Assembly: GCA_012026655.1 (NCBI GenBank)
Contig: JAAILG010000560.1
Span: forward strand, 1 to 64,000
Length of the DNA: 64,000 nt
Origin: Hydrolagus affinis
Taxonomy: Eukaryota
Reading direction: 5' to 3'
The position numbers and the translations under genes are program-made. The notes beneath the pieces are model-generated. The model worked only from the letters and a program-made list of their open reading frames with translations. It did not search any database and was not told the DNA's origin. Shown in pieces: positions 11,600 through 23,811 of this stretch. Each line of letters opens with the position of its first letter. Positions within the stretch are counted from its first letter, which is position 1.

Positions 11600-14329
11600 C
11601 TGCATAACAAGGGAGAAAAGAAGGAAAAGAGTCAAAGTTACATGTCAAATTAACTTATACACAAGACATTTGAATCAGATTAATTTAGAAAATTTGTAAC
11701 TGAGAGTTATAGCTGAGCCGTGAACAATTAAAATCAAGTCACAAGACGCATCATACATAAATAAACATGAAGCAAGAGATTCTGAGCAGAGTGGTGTGCA
11801 TGAGGATGTTCATGAAACAAAACATGACCCATTGTCTTTTTCATCTCATGGAACCAGAATCAGCAGTACATCCTCTTCTGTTTTTACTTGCTTCCTTATT
11901 CAGTTGTGTTACATGTTCTTAGCCATCTGTTCACCTTCCTCCTTTAAACCGTTAACAGAAGAGCTCTCACCTTCCTAATTGCCATTAAGAGCTCTGGGCC
12001 TCTTAGGTTGAAACAGCCAGCCAATCAAGGCAAAAGGGTTAATGCAAATCATAAGCTGCTCTCGGAAGCAGTCTCTCCTCTCTTGTTTCAACTGACGCTT
12101 CAAGGTTAATGACAACTTAGTCACATATTTGGTTTGGCAGCACAATCACTAACAAGGAAAAATAATACCATCATTTCTCATTTGGTACTTGATTTACTTG
12201 GCACTTTTTATAAAAAGCAAAAAAAAAATCTTGCACGCAATGCAGTGTAGAACCAAACATCAATTATGACCCACATGTTTAATGAGTCATTACTGTCAAT
12301 AGCAAAGCCAAAAGACTGAGATGACTCCCCCTCCCCATCCTCACACACAGGTTTGATCATTGATCTGCGCGGAGTGAATTTACCTTACCAAGTCGCACAG
12401 AAGAATAATGGCCACTTGAGTATGATACCACAAGGCTCCTTCAAATGAAGGAGGGAACAGAGAGAAAATTGGTCAGAGGAAAGTAAATACCTGGAGCCTT
12501 ACCTGAAATCATTGGACTGTAAGGCAAACCTGCAGTCTGCCTTACAATGACTGGCAGCTCACCTTTAAAGTTATGTTTTTTTCTCAAAGTTCAGTTCAAA
12601 CACTGACTGACCTGCTTCACTGGTGCAAAACTGAGGTGTCATCCCCATTCTGTGGCCGGCTTTTGAATCGGCAATGACTACCACAGTCTCTAAATCCTTT
12701 AAAATCCAATTTGACTGTGATTAACGATTGCTACGCAGCCGCAGGAGCTCAGTGGAGGAAAATGTGCAGAAGTCGAAATAGGTATCCCGAAAGTGCGTTC
12801 AATATTCAAAGCCATTCTTTGTAATAGTGCGGTTTTCAGTCTGAAACGTACTATCAGCGTAATGGACAGGAATAAATATTCAATATGTATATTACATCAG
12901 GGGTTATTTCCCAGTTGTGGGTGCGTGCTCACATTTTATTATCAGAGTAAGCTAAATAAACTTATAGTGATGACCAACTATCAGCCATCCAGGTTCTAAG
13001 GGGAAACATATGTGGATTAAAGCAAACTGAAGTCAGTTACATTTGCGCTGTCTCGCATAAGGATTAGAAAGTTAAAGGTTTCAGCAGACAAACCGTCGGC
13101 CAAATTTCCACATAATCAGTTCCAAATAAGCCAAATGTCATTTCGCAAAGTACAGTTACGGTGCGGCTCAGTACAGCTACTGTGATGGTGTAACACTGCT
13201 GAATCAGCTTTAGATCACTGAAATCATACAGCAATTTATCAGCTCAATTCCAGCGCCTTTCACCATCAGCCATCAACAGTTCAGTCCCACTTGGGACTGA
13301 AGAGCTCAACTGTAGATGCAGAAAGGCAGAGATTTGAATTCAGTTTCTGTTGATATTAACTCAAGCTCACAGTTGCAACAGTGCTTTAGACTTTTCAAAT
13401 GACTTTTCAAATGTGTGATCTTTGATCTCTGCAGATAACCAGGATTAATATTTCCCTTAACTAGTTAAGTGTGTTCTTTTACGCAGTCAGATCAAAGACA
13501 GTAACTCATTCTATAAGGTTGGTGCTGCTCTAACTTCACTATTGAAGCTCATAGAGCAGTAGGTTGTGTTATTAGCTGAATGTAAAGCTGCGTCCCGTGG
13601 TTGGGAACATTGAAGTCAGCCTGATGGGCCACTGTCAATGAACAGCCTTCCATCCCATACAGAGATGGGTATCTACACCATGTCTTATAACAAGAACATG
13701 TTTTTATTGTCCCTCTTAACTGCTAGAACATTTACTAATAAAAGTATCAATCTGTCAGCAATAGCCTATAATGTTAAAAGATTTAACAACAAAAAAGGGG
13801 ATGGTTGTAACTTAGAAAAACAATGCACACGGCAATGCAAAATTGTCAGCTCGCCCTCTTGACTAGGGAAGGTGCCTGGCAGGCTGGGTGGGCGGAGGGG
13901 AGGGTGGGGGGGAATAAATTTAGGGAGATAAAGAAGAACAAACATCATTTTCAGAGTTTGGGAGACAGTCAAGACAGTAAGTGCCATCTTTCAACAGTTA
14001 ACAAAAACCAGGCATAAATCTTTCCTCTTCCTGATTACGATCTAAACATTATATAGTAACAAGAACATTCTCTTGGTCAGTGGCATTCACAATGGAAGAT
14101 AACTGAGATGCAAAGCAAATCAGGGCACTCTTTGCGACATATCAATCACAAATGCAAAATACCGTATACTTTAAAAGCATCTGGTAGAATCAAGGTTTGA
14201 CATGCCAGTGTTGACTCATTTACAGCCCCCACTTTAGCTCTAGATTAGATTGATTTATCTTGAACTTTTTGAACACCAAAGTGTTCTATATTATAATCTA
14301 AATATCCTTAGTTGATATATTTACTATGT

Positions 14330-14374
14330 ATGTATTTGTGTGTGTGTGTGTGCGTGAGTGAGAGAGAGAAAGAG
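14330..14374. repeat. Compound (GT)n/(GA)n microsatellite
   Basis: gtgtgtgtgtgtgtgcgtgagtgagagagagaaagag read directly. Confidence 0.85.
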
Positions 14375-14569
14375 TTTGTTTGTGGGGAGTGGAGGGTTGC
14401 AAGGCAATGTTGAGCAAACATCAAGATATCGTTAATACCACACAATGCCCAGGCTTCCCAAAGTTGTCCAACTGAAAGGAAGAGCATTCATATTTTGCAT
14501 GGATTATCTGTTGAGGATCATTTTGTTTTCTGGTGAGTTTGGGTCCAGGTGAGTAGGTGGGTGACATAC

Positions 14570-14747
14570 CTGGACTGCATGTCTTGCTGTGTTCTCTGCT
14601 GACAGACGGGAACAGAGGCTGCTGACTGGTGGGACACCTGGTTTTGAAGCTCTGCCAGGGACTGGTAATACTGCTGCTGCTGTTGCTTGTAACGGGACAA
14701 ACTAAAAAACAGTCCTAAAATGGCTTTTAGATTTCCATCTCTTATTT
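14570..14747 (-). CDS. NAV3: NAV3 coding exon (about exon 5): EIRDGNLKAILGLFFSLSRYKQQQQQYYQSLAELQNQVSHQSAASVPVCQQRTQQDMQS
   Basis: 178-nt exon, ttttgcag|AAA ... TCCAG|gtatgt, phase 1 to 2. It encodes the end of the CH domain plus a short poly-Q. Confidence 0.96.
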
Positions 14748-14998
14748 CTGCAAAAAGAAAGACAAACACACTTAGGCTCTGATGCAGTTGTTTTCAGGGA
14801 AACAAAGAACATCTCTCTTTCACACCTGGCACATATGGCTTCACAATGAGAGCAAGTTTCACCGAGATTCTCCTTTGAACCAAGTACTGTACAAAACAAC
14901 TCTTCCTTATACAGTATTATGATTTCATGAGTGAATGAGATTCTCATTCTAGGCAGATGGCATTTGTTTATCTTGTCTCACTTGTTGTACTTGTTTAT

Positions 14999-15130
14999 CG
15001 GTTGCCACGTTTCACCCACATATATTAGTCAATTCACTGTACAGTATTTGCTGTGAAGCGATTTGAGACGTCTAGATGATGTGAAAAACGCAATATCAAA
15101 TGCAAGGGTTATTATTACTAATATTAATAA
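14999..15130 (+). mobile_element. SINE 3' half
   Basis: gttgccacgtttcacccac...tgtgaagcgatttgagacgtctaga...tcaaatgcaagggttattatt. Confidence 0.8.
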
Positions 15131-15299
15131 TAATATTATCTCAAATATAAGCAGGACATTACAAGATGGGATATTGCCCTGCTGAGACCATTGGAATGTC
15201 ATCTGGACAAGGTAACTAGCTGGGTTTGAAGAATGAAGATGTAAGGATAGACAAATGTAATGTAACTGCCTTGAAATGTAATGCATGTCAATTGCACAG

Positions 15300-15605
15300 C
15301 GGGAAGAAGGAGGTGAAGAGGAAGGTCTTCAGACATGATCTGAGAAAGGGGAAGAAGGGGGCAAGATGGAGGGATTGAGGCAGAGAGTTCCAAACTTTCG
15401 GGGCGTAGTGGCTAGATAAACGGTCCCCAATGGTGGACAGTAGAGGATGAGGGAAAAGCAGGAGGCCAGAGCCATCCAATTGGAGGTATTGGGTGGTGGA
15501 GTGGGGAGCAAGCAGGTTGGAAAAGTAGGGAGGTGCTAGGGCATGAAGGGATTTGTAGACAAGTGGAAAAATCTTGATATCGAAAATCAAGTCTTGAAAT
15601 CGCAA
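15300..15605 (-). mobile_element. L2 LINE fragment
   Basis: Translates to VYKSLHALAPPYFSNLL...APKVWNSLPQSL...LKTFLF, a typical L2 ORF2 end. Confidence 0.85.
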
Positions 15606-16299
15606 TTAACGATTTAGTAAAACCAGTTAGAAAATATTGCATTTTAAAACCTACCAAAAAAATACACTGCTATTCCTGCTTCATTTTGCATTGCGAACAA
15701 AAAAACTTTACCAAAATTATTTTCCAGGAAGACAAGATACCTTTCAAAAACAAGCACTCAGCCAGCCCCAGAAAACACAGCTGTAAAAATGCACTCAACT
15801 CTGCAAACTCATAACCATAAAAACACGATGCAGAAGTGCTGATAAATGTTATGTGCATTGTGAAGCTCAGCATTCCTTAGCAGACCATAACAGTTGATTC
15901 ACAGGAGGGCAGGGTGCTGATCTCTGATTTTAGTCTGAAAATATTTTGCATGAAGCCGGGAGCACTGTATTGTCAAACAGTCAGAAATAGTCCTAGGAAA
16001 TGTATATTTTGCTAATGTGGCTTTGCTTAGTCATATCCTATTTACAGGAAAAAACTTCAGGTCTCAGAAACTGAACAAGTCATAAATCAGTCACCAACTC
16101 AGTGGTCTTGTTCCTCAGATTTCCTCGCTTTATTTATGTACAGTCTCCGATTATTCAACACTTGAGGAGGAGAATGTAACTTTACAGTACGATGAGAGAC
16201 AGCATTAAACAATTTAATGTATAGAATCATGGGATTTGTTTGGTTTTATTCAAATTTTTATTTTATTATAAATTTTGCCATCAAATACACAGACCATGC

Positions 16300-16641
16300 C
16301 TTCACAATTTATTCTGTGAAGTGCTTTGAGATGTCTCAACAACGTGATAAGGCACTGTGTCAAACACAAGGATTATTATTATTACTATTTACTAATGTAT
16401 ATGATATGGTTTAAAATATGTATTGCCTCACTTGTTTCTTTGACGATGGGAATATTTCCAGACCGAATGATCAGCCCCTGAGGAAATCTCATGCAGCAAC
16501 AGCAAACCTCAGAGGTTAGAGCATGTGCCTTACATGAGACCTGTGTTTCGAATCCAGGCAGGTCGGGGCGTTTGAAACCTTGGGCAAGTTTCCTTACTCC
16601 ATAATAATAATCCTAATAATTTCCTTACTCCTAATAATAAT
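16300..16641 (+). mobile_element. Two SINE fragments: a tail (about 16300-16390) and a head (about 16505-16641) ending in a local duplication
   Basis: Tail tctgtgaagtgctttgagatg...ggattattatt. Head ggttagagca...ttcgaatccaggcagg...aaaccttgggcaag, then ttccttactcc(a)taataataat twice. Confidence 0.75.
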
Positions 16642-17044
16642 GTTGATCTGGGAAATCAAGCAGCAATAAACTGTATAGATCTGCACTAGACTAACATCAA
16701 CTTCCTCAATTTAACCCATAGATCATTTTAATTAACAACAATTTGGAACAGAGTCTCTCATCACAAACTCTTCTTTGAAAAAATCTGGGAATGAAAAACT
16801 TTAAGAAGAACACAGGGGTTAACTCTTAATGATTAAGATAAATATTTAACTTGTCAACCTTGACAAGATAGTCTCCTTGCTAAGTAGTTTGCAGATTATA
16901 GTAACTTTATCACATTCATTGTAGATCCCTAACTCTAGATATACACCTTAGTCTCACTGCCTGCTGCTGTCTGGAAAAGGCTCATAGCTATCTACAGAAC
17001 AAGAGGAACTAGGATATGCATACCCTGACCCTGTCCACACACAT

Positions 17045-17200
17045 AATAACATAATAATATAATCCATTAGATGTAGAGCCTTATCACGTCTTTGAGACGT
17101 CCCAAATCGCTTCACAGAATATGCTGTAAAGTGAATTGACTGTATATTTTGTGGGTGAAACGTGGCAGCCAATTGGGCACAGCAGTGTCCCACAAACAGA
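17045..17200 (-). mobile_element. SINE 3' half
   Basis: ttatcacgtctttgagacgtcccaa...gcagccaattgggcacagcagtgtcccacaaacag. Confidence 0.8.
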
Positions 17201-17669
17201 TGTAGAATTAGCAACAAAATTATAACTTTTTAAAAAAAAAGTGATTATTACCACCGAAAAGTGAACCACCAATCGACTAACAACCAGGTTCTTAATTACT
17301 GTTAGGAGAGGCGAGTGGAGTAAGAAAGGGTACACATGCACATGCTTCAATTTCAGAGTTAGAACATGGAACAAACACAATTTGGAGCTGATTATGGGAC
17401 ATGTTCATGTTATTCTCATGAAGGCATTTCATCCAATGGATTACTCTAATGGATTCTTATCAACAACTAAAGCTCCAGGCCTCAGACGCTATTTATTACA
17501 TCCAGGGAATCCGTCCATTTCAAGCTCTCAGCGGATCTAAAAGAATTAGATAGCAATTGTTCTTTAGCATACAATATATAGATTTCAACTAACCTTGGTA
17601 ACTACTACTTATGGTGGTTGACACGTACTGCATACTGATTGACAATAACAACTTCCATTGTCAAGATTC

Positions 17670-17825
17670 TCTCTGAGGCTTGCAAGGCAGGGGACTTGGA
17701 GTAGGGTGGAGCCCGATAAGCAGAGGGAGCGAGCAGGTTGGTAGGGGGTTAAGAAGTTAGGTAGGTAGGGAGGAGCAAGGGCGAGAGCTTTGAAGGTGAG
17801 GACCTGTATCCTCTGAGTGATGGAG
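17670..17825 (-). mobile_element. L2 LINE fragment
   Basis: Translates to VLTFKALALAPPYLPNFLTPYQPARSL. Confidence 0.75.
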
Positions 17826-18025
17826 GAATTAAAGAAATCAAAAATCACTTTTACCACCAGCAAAGCTCCAATTGGCGATATTAAAGAGCAAACTTGTCAG
17901 AAGTCACTGATTTATTGACTCTGAATCTAATACCTAAACACTATTTGTTTTTAATCCTCTCAAATTCACCAGTTCTTTCCCCCTTTATTTCCCGAAGGTA
18001 GTATCTAATCTGTGACAGTCCCAAA

Positions 18026-18334
18026 GATAATAATAATAATCCTTGCATTTGATATAGTGCTTTTCACATGTTCTAAATGTCTCAAAGCACTTTGCAGAAT
18101 GTACCGTAAAATGAATTGACTGTATATTTGCAGGTGAAACAGGACAGCTAATTGCACACAGCAGTGTCCCACAAACAGTCATGGATTGAGTGACCAAATT
18201 GTTATTGTTTTTTTTTAGGGATTATTATAAGATGTATGGAGTTAGGAAAGTTGCGCAAGGTTTTGCCCTGCCTGGAATTAAACCCAAGTCTCCCACTTGT
18301 GAAGCAAGTGCTCTAACCATTGAGCTACAGGACT
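18026..18334 (-). mobile_element. Full-length tRNA-derived SINE
   Basis: Tail, core and head (gctctaaccattgagctacaggact) are all present. Confidence 0.9.
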
Positions 18335-18578
18335 GACATTTGCTGCACACAGAGCTTGGACTCCAGTATTGGGTGTTTGTTTTGCTAACTGTTTTCAAGA
18401 GCCAGCCATGCATTGGTGTTTTTGATACAACTGTTCAAAGCTTCCCAACAAGTGTTTAAAGTTTGAGTACCATCCAGGTGGTTTCCAAGGCTCCAGAGCA
18501 ATATACACAGCTTCACCCTTTGTTTATGTTGCATATTTGCCACTGATTCCCCAGAAAAATCAAAGCTGATTGTGGGCA

Positions 18579-18720
18579 AAATCACAGTCATTCACTGGTT
18601 AAATCACAGTCATCCACTGGTTAAATCACAGTCATCCACTGTCAAAAATCATAGTAATTCACTGGTTAAAACATAATCATTCACTGGCAAAATAACAGTC
18701 ATTCATTGGCAAATATACAG
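18579..18720. repeat. 22-bp minisatellite, about 6.5 copies (AAATCACAGTCATTCACTGGTT)
   Basis: The first 2-3 units are nearly perfect and later units degrade progressively. Confidence 0.9.
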
Positions 18721-19285
18721 CAGAATGACCAGATTCAATGACATGTCCTCAGAGTTTGACAGAATTCAAGCTTTCACAACTGGGGTTTAAAGGGTTAAGA
18801 ACATCCTGAACTGTAACCATCTCTTTAAATGAGTCCTGCTCAATGCTACTGAGAGGTAAGCGACATTTCACACATGGAAATGATCACTCTGCATTTCATA
18901 GTGTCAAATATTGATTCAGTGAGCAACAAAATGACCAATCACGGGCACAGACGAAATAAACATCAATAAAAGTCTCTAGACAAGGCAGTGCAAGTCATTG
19001 CAATCTGCGCCAATGGACACATTAGCAAAAAAAAACTGTTTCTATTGCTTCCCAAGCAGTTCAGATTGTGTTCCATGTGTTCCAACACACGATAAATAAT
19101 TTAGGAATTCTTAAATATATGGGGAACAGATCAAGGCACCCCCAATCATGCAGGTGTGAGCAATAACATTGCAAGTTATTTCTTAAACACAGACATAAGC
19201 AGCAAGTGCGATTATAAATTGCTTTAAAATTCAAAGAACAGCTCGGAAGGTGTCCCATGGCAGTGAAAATAATACACGTTCTTAC

Positions 19286-19358
19286 CCTCAGCTGAAAGAC
19301 CTTGGACATTTACTCCCCTGGCAGCCAGAAAACTGAGGCAAACATCAACATTCTCAAT
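19286..19358 (-). CDS. NAV3: NAV3 coding exon (about exon 4): IENVDVCLSFLAARGVNVQGLSAE
   Basis: 73-nt exon, ttccag|ATT ... GAGG|gtaaga, phase 0 to 1. The peptide matches the NAV3 CH domain. Confidence 0.96.
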
Positions 19359-22300
19359 CTGGAATAAAAGAAAGGGGGGAGGGGGAAAGAGCTACATTTA
19401 AAACAGAATATTTTCAAAACTTCATATATGCAGTAAAAGAAGCAAATAGTTCACATTCATCGCATACTACCCAATTCAGCAAACTCTCACAAGGAATGAT
19501 TAAACCTCATTTGAAGATTGCTATAAAGCTTTCATTGTCCCAATTTTTGGAGGCTGTTAAACAATTCATAAATGCTTAATCTAGAACCACATGCCAACAT
19601 CTCAACAACCCACCTACTTAAAATATAACTGGATTTGTGTGCTACAAACAAGAGGGAAATGAAAGCAGCTACACAGGATTATAAACTATACATGTATAAA
19701 CTGAGGTGGATTGTTGCCTACACATTTGCATATGATAGAGAGAGCATTCTGTAACTGTATCAAGGCAACATCAGGACAGCAGCAAGTGACATTTTTCCCA
19801 CGAAGATCTGAAAACTCTTTTGAATGTATCCAGTTAGCCAGATTTCAGCCTGAACATGTTTTAAACGCAACAATTATTGAATGTTATCTTCTGTGAACTG
19901 AAACACACCATAGTTTCCTTGCATTCCTTGATTCGCCTCAAAGACATTTGCCTCAAAGCCCAATATGTAGCATATTATTTTCGATTGTATTATTTTAACA
20001 GCCATCATAATTGTCATTGATGGTGAGCGGGCTTGTAGTACTGACCGGACAAGAATTCAAATGTCTCAAATAAATTTTACATAGAAAAACTACAGTTGAA
20101 TCAAAAATACAACTTTCTGTAAAACAACAGATCTCAGTCCTGGTCAAACAAACACAAAAAGTAAGGCAATGTTAAATTTTCACACACACCTTGCAACTTC
20201 CAAGATCAATTTGTTTAGTTTTTATAAAAAGTTATCCTAGTTTACAATGTGTTCATTAGATTGAAATGCATTTTCTTGTAATAATACAATTAATAATCCT
20301 TACATTTTATATTGTGCCTTCTTATGTCATCAATATGCCTCGAAGTTCGTCACAGGATTCACTCTTAACGGTAGTGACTGTATTTTGTAAGCTAGAATCT
20401 GTGTATTCTGAATATCAGACTCTTTACTATTGTGCTACTTCTTAAGTGTTTAACTGGATTTATTCAGTTCTACAGAAATTATTCTGCAATGCTACACTGA
20501 AGCACGATAATTACATTTTGGTGAAACTGCATATAACCAGTTTCCATAAATCCAAATGTCGGATTTGCTCTGTGGGCAAACAGAGCAAGAAAAACATTCA
20601 AAATTGCAGCATTTCACGCTATGATCAAACAAAGATCAAACATTTTCCGGAGGCTTTTCGAGCGATTCTGGGGGAGTGCATTAACAATCTGCTGCCAAGA
20701 AAATTATTTAAGAAATCATTTCCAATGGTGCATACTGGCACACTACACTCTTAAGAGGAGAGCTGTCCTTCGTGCAAAGTCTGCTTACTGACGGCAGTGG
20801 ATAAATGTAAACAATGTTCTGAATGACTAGTAATTGGAACATTAAGGAAATTCTGAATTTACATAAACAGAGAGAACAACTTCAGTAATTCATTACTCTC
20901 AGTAAAAACGTATATTTTGACTTGGCTTCATATCAGCCTCTTTCTAAACATATTTCACACCAATGGCCTGGAAACTTTGGGAGGTGTCAACAAAGCTCAT
21001 GAAGCTCGAGTCTTTTCCAAACATTCAGCCCGGAGGACATTAAACACAGGGTAGAAAGTACTGTTACCCGTCTAGGTCTCTGACAAACTGATATTAATGG
21101 TCTCAGTTCGGGTGATGCTGTTTGTGCTTTAATGCACCTTTGAGGGCTTATGTTCCAATCCAGAAAAATGCTGGTCTACAAAGCATCTCAAAGACAGTCT
21201 GATTATAAAAAGCAAAACTGCTGAGAATTAAAGCATTTAGTGCATCCGCTTAGCAATATTTCCTTTCCTATTGCAAGGTTCCATTCTAAGGAGCTGCTGG
21301 CATGGTATAGATTGCTAAATTTGCCCTTCACAGAAACAGAGTGAATCAATAACATCCAAACAGGGAGCCCATTTGCCATCGCTCACTGTTGGTTACAAAG
21401 GCAGCTTAAGGTTAAACCGATATTTCAAGTTGTCTTTAAATGCAAATGATGTTTCACCTTTCCAAAGAACTCACTAAAGTAAGCAAGTGACATTGTTCAA
21501 GGACAAACATCAAATCAATATCCTCGCTGCTTCCTGCTCTGGGTAGATAAATAATTAAATATCACATTGATTCTTCGATACAAGAAAAGGTCTGTTTCTT
21601 ATTCCTTTCTGGTACATTGTAAGATAATATAGAAGAAGAAAAAAAGACCAGTCAGCTCTCAGAGCCGAATGATTTAACAATTCCGTCCAGTACAAATGTA
21701 AATGGTTTCTTATCCTGAACTGATTGAAAAACTACAACTGCACAAAATAAGCTCTTTCTAACCCAGGGGATAGCTCCAAAGGAAAGTGCAAGTCACTCCA
21801 ACTGCCAGATGGAATTGATTAAAGAGAAAAGTAGCAAAAGAAAACTATTCCACACAGAAAAAAAGATTAACCTCTGCTTTTATTAGAAACGAAAAAACAG
21901 CATTCTGATGTGAGGGGTGGGATTGGGTAGTTTGGCCATATTTTCATTTTAAAAATCTGAATATTCCCGCCCAAAAAGGGAAGAAAATTGAAATTGAAAG
22001 CTTTAAATGCACACACACTTTCTCGCTGCAAGATTAATGTGAACCACACTAATTGTCCCTCCTCTTCCTGATTTTATTGAGAAAGGAAAGGTCCAACCAA
22101 CAGCATTCAACATCCTGACACAGTGTAAGCTTGCAGCAAACTCAGGCTCCTTACCTAGTCTTTTTATGCAATAAACGTCAAACTAAAAAGCACAGATGGT
22201 TCGCAGAAACTTCAGAGCAAGACACTGTCGATTTTTTCCACAAATATTGTACGACTAACAGCACCAGAAAGTAAAGATGGATTAATCTGTCATTACCTGG

Positions 22301-23043
22301 TAACTGAGTGCCTGGGAGTGTTATAGCTGTGTGCCCTGTCTCTCGGCCTCTATGCAAACTGTAAGCTAGGGCTTGTGCACAAATGTAGATCATCAGTACA
22401 AAAATGACAACATACTGAGAGTATCCAGTGACTAACACAAAAGCGAAGGAGGCACAATTCAACATTCCTGTGAAAGAAGGCCGTCTTTGCTCGAGTCTGG
22501 TTTGTTAACCAACAGAAAGAAATAACCAAGAAATAACTTTTGTCTGACAGTCGATTTGTTTCATAAAATTGAAAAAAAAAGGAAGAAAATTCTTGAAGCT
22601 GCTTGCCAGCTATGGTCCCAACATCTGTGAGGAGCAGCATGACTTCTGTGCTATTTATGAAAGCTCTAAGTAGCCAAAGAGTCTAACTGGACTTAACTGT
22701 TAGACATACTGAAAGGCTATTTATATTCCAACTCCAGTCCATAAACATTGTGCCCTGCTGTTCAGTCATTTGTCCCGAGTCACAAAGACAGCTTTAACAT
22801 GCTCAGGCTTGACCAATTGGTTAGAAGTTCAAATTAATAACCAACTGAGAAATCGTACCTCCCAATAATATAAAACACCAGCAGATGTATAAATGACATG
22901 CTGTGTGTTTGAAACGGTTGCTGATATTACTGTGCTAGGTTTTCCATTTTTCATGCAGCGACTCTCTATATTAAAACAAACTTTTTTGTATTGTTAAATG
23001 AAATATTTCAACAAAAGTAACATTTCTGTTACCGTCATCTTAC

Positions 23044-23096
23044 CATCTGGGATTGGCTCCGGGGGCAGTCGTTGATATCTTCAACCTTTTCATTTG
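23044..23096 (-). CDS. NAV3: NAV3 coding exon (about exon 3): (A)NEKVEDINDCPRSQSQM
   Basis: 53-nt exon, ttttttgcag|CAA ... ATG|gtaaga, phase 1 to 0. It continues the CH domain in frame and is absent from the ORF track. Confidence 0.95.
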
Positions 23097-23693
23097 CTGC
23101 AAAAAATGTGCGTCACAAATAAACAAAGCGACTACGGCAGTCATTCTGGACCTCCTCGGTCATGTGTAAGGTGGAGCTTTACGGTTTCACCTCAAGTACT
23201 TCAGTTCTAACCGCTTCCACACGTGCGCACAGCATGCGGGAAAAAGTTAAGAGGGAGAGGAGTACTCTTGCTTGCAGATTCATCAGCCACTACCAAATCA
23301 CTGCTGACATGAAATGCGCAGCAATTGTCTTTGTGAGGCTGGGATAAAGTTTCAAGGCTGCTCAGGAAAAATATGAAACACTTCGACTGGTGAAAAGCAC
23401 ACATGGGAGACACATGGTTTTATGGGGAGTGCTCAGACTACTGGCAAAAATTTTGAATATGCTATGTATTTCAAGTCCTCTTCAAGCTTAATCTAACTAA
23501 ATGCTCACTTCCTTTTACACTCAAACTGCCTGGTGTTATCCAATATTAATACTAAAGGCTGCATAATCCATGGAGACTTAATGACTATGTCAGGAAATGT
23601 TAACCAGTGTTCAATCTAGTGCAGATACATTCGATTAAAATACTTCACATGCTCTATGGTTGATTCCACTGTTTCTCTGGGCACCGATCTCAC

Positions 23694-23811
23694 CAATGAT
23701 CTGGATGATTTCCGCCAGCAGAACTCCGTCAGCAATGTCCTGTTGCAAGTCCTTGATCAGCCGTTTGTGACCAGACCTCGCCAAATAGTGATTGGCCCAA
23801 TCAGTATAAAT
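23694..23811 (-). CDS. NAV3: NAV3 coding exon (about exon 2), start of the calponin-homology domain: IYTDWANHYLARSGHKRLIKDLQQDIADGVLLAEIIQII
   Basis: 118-nt exon with acceptor ttttgcag|ATT and donor G|gtgag, phase 0 to 1. The peptide is almost identical to vertebrate NAV3 as recalled. Confidence 0.96.

Noticed and set aside
12503-12529. Possible extra NAV3 microexon (27 nt in frame, or 14 nt at 12503-12516) with a strong CAG|GTAAGG donor
   Set aside because: The in-frame acceptor lacks a polypyrimidine tract, the better acceptor gives a frameshift, and I recognise no NAV3 homology. RNA-seq would be needed.
18579-18720. CRISPR-like array
   Set aside because: The units are contiguous with no unique spacers, and the context is a vertebrate intron.
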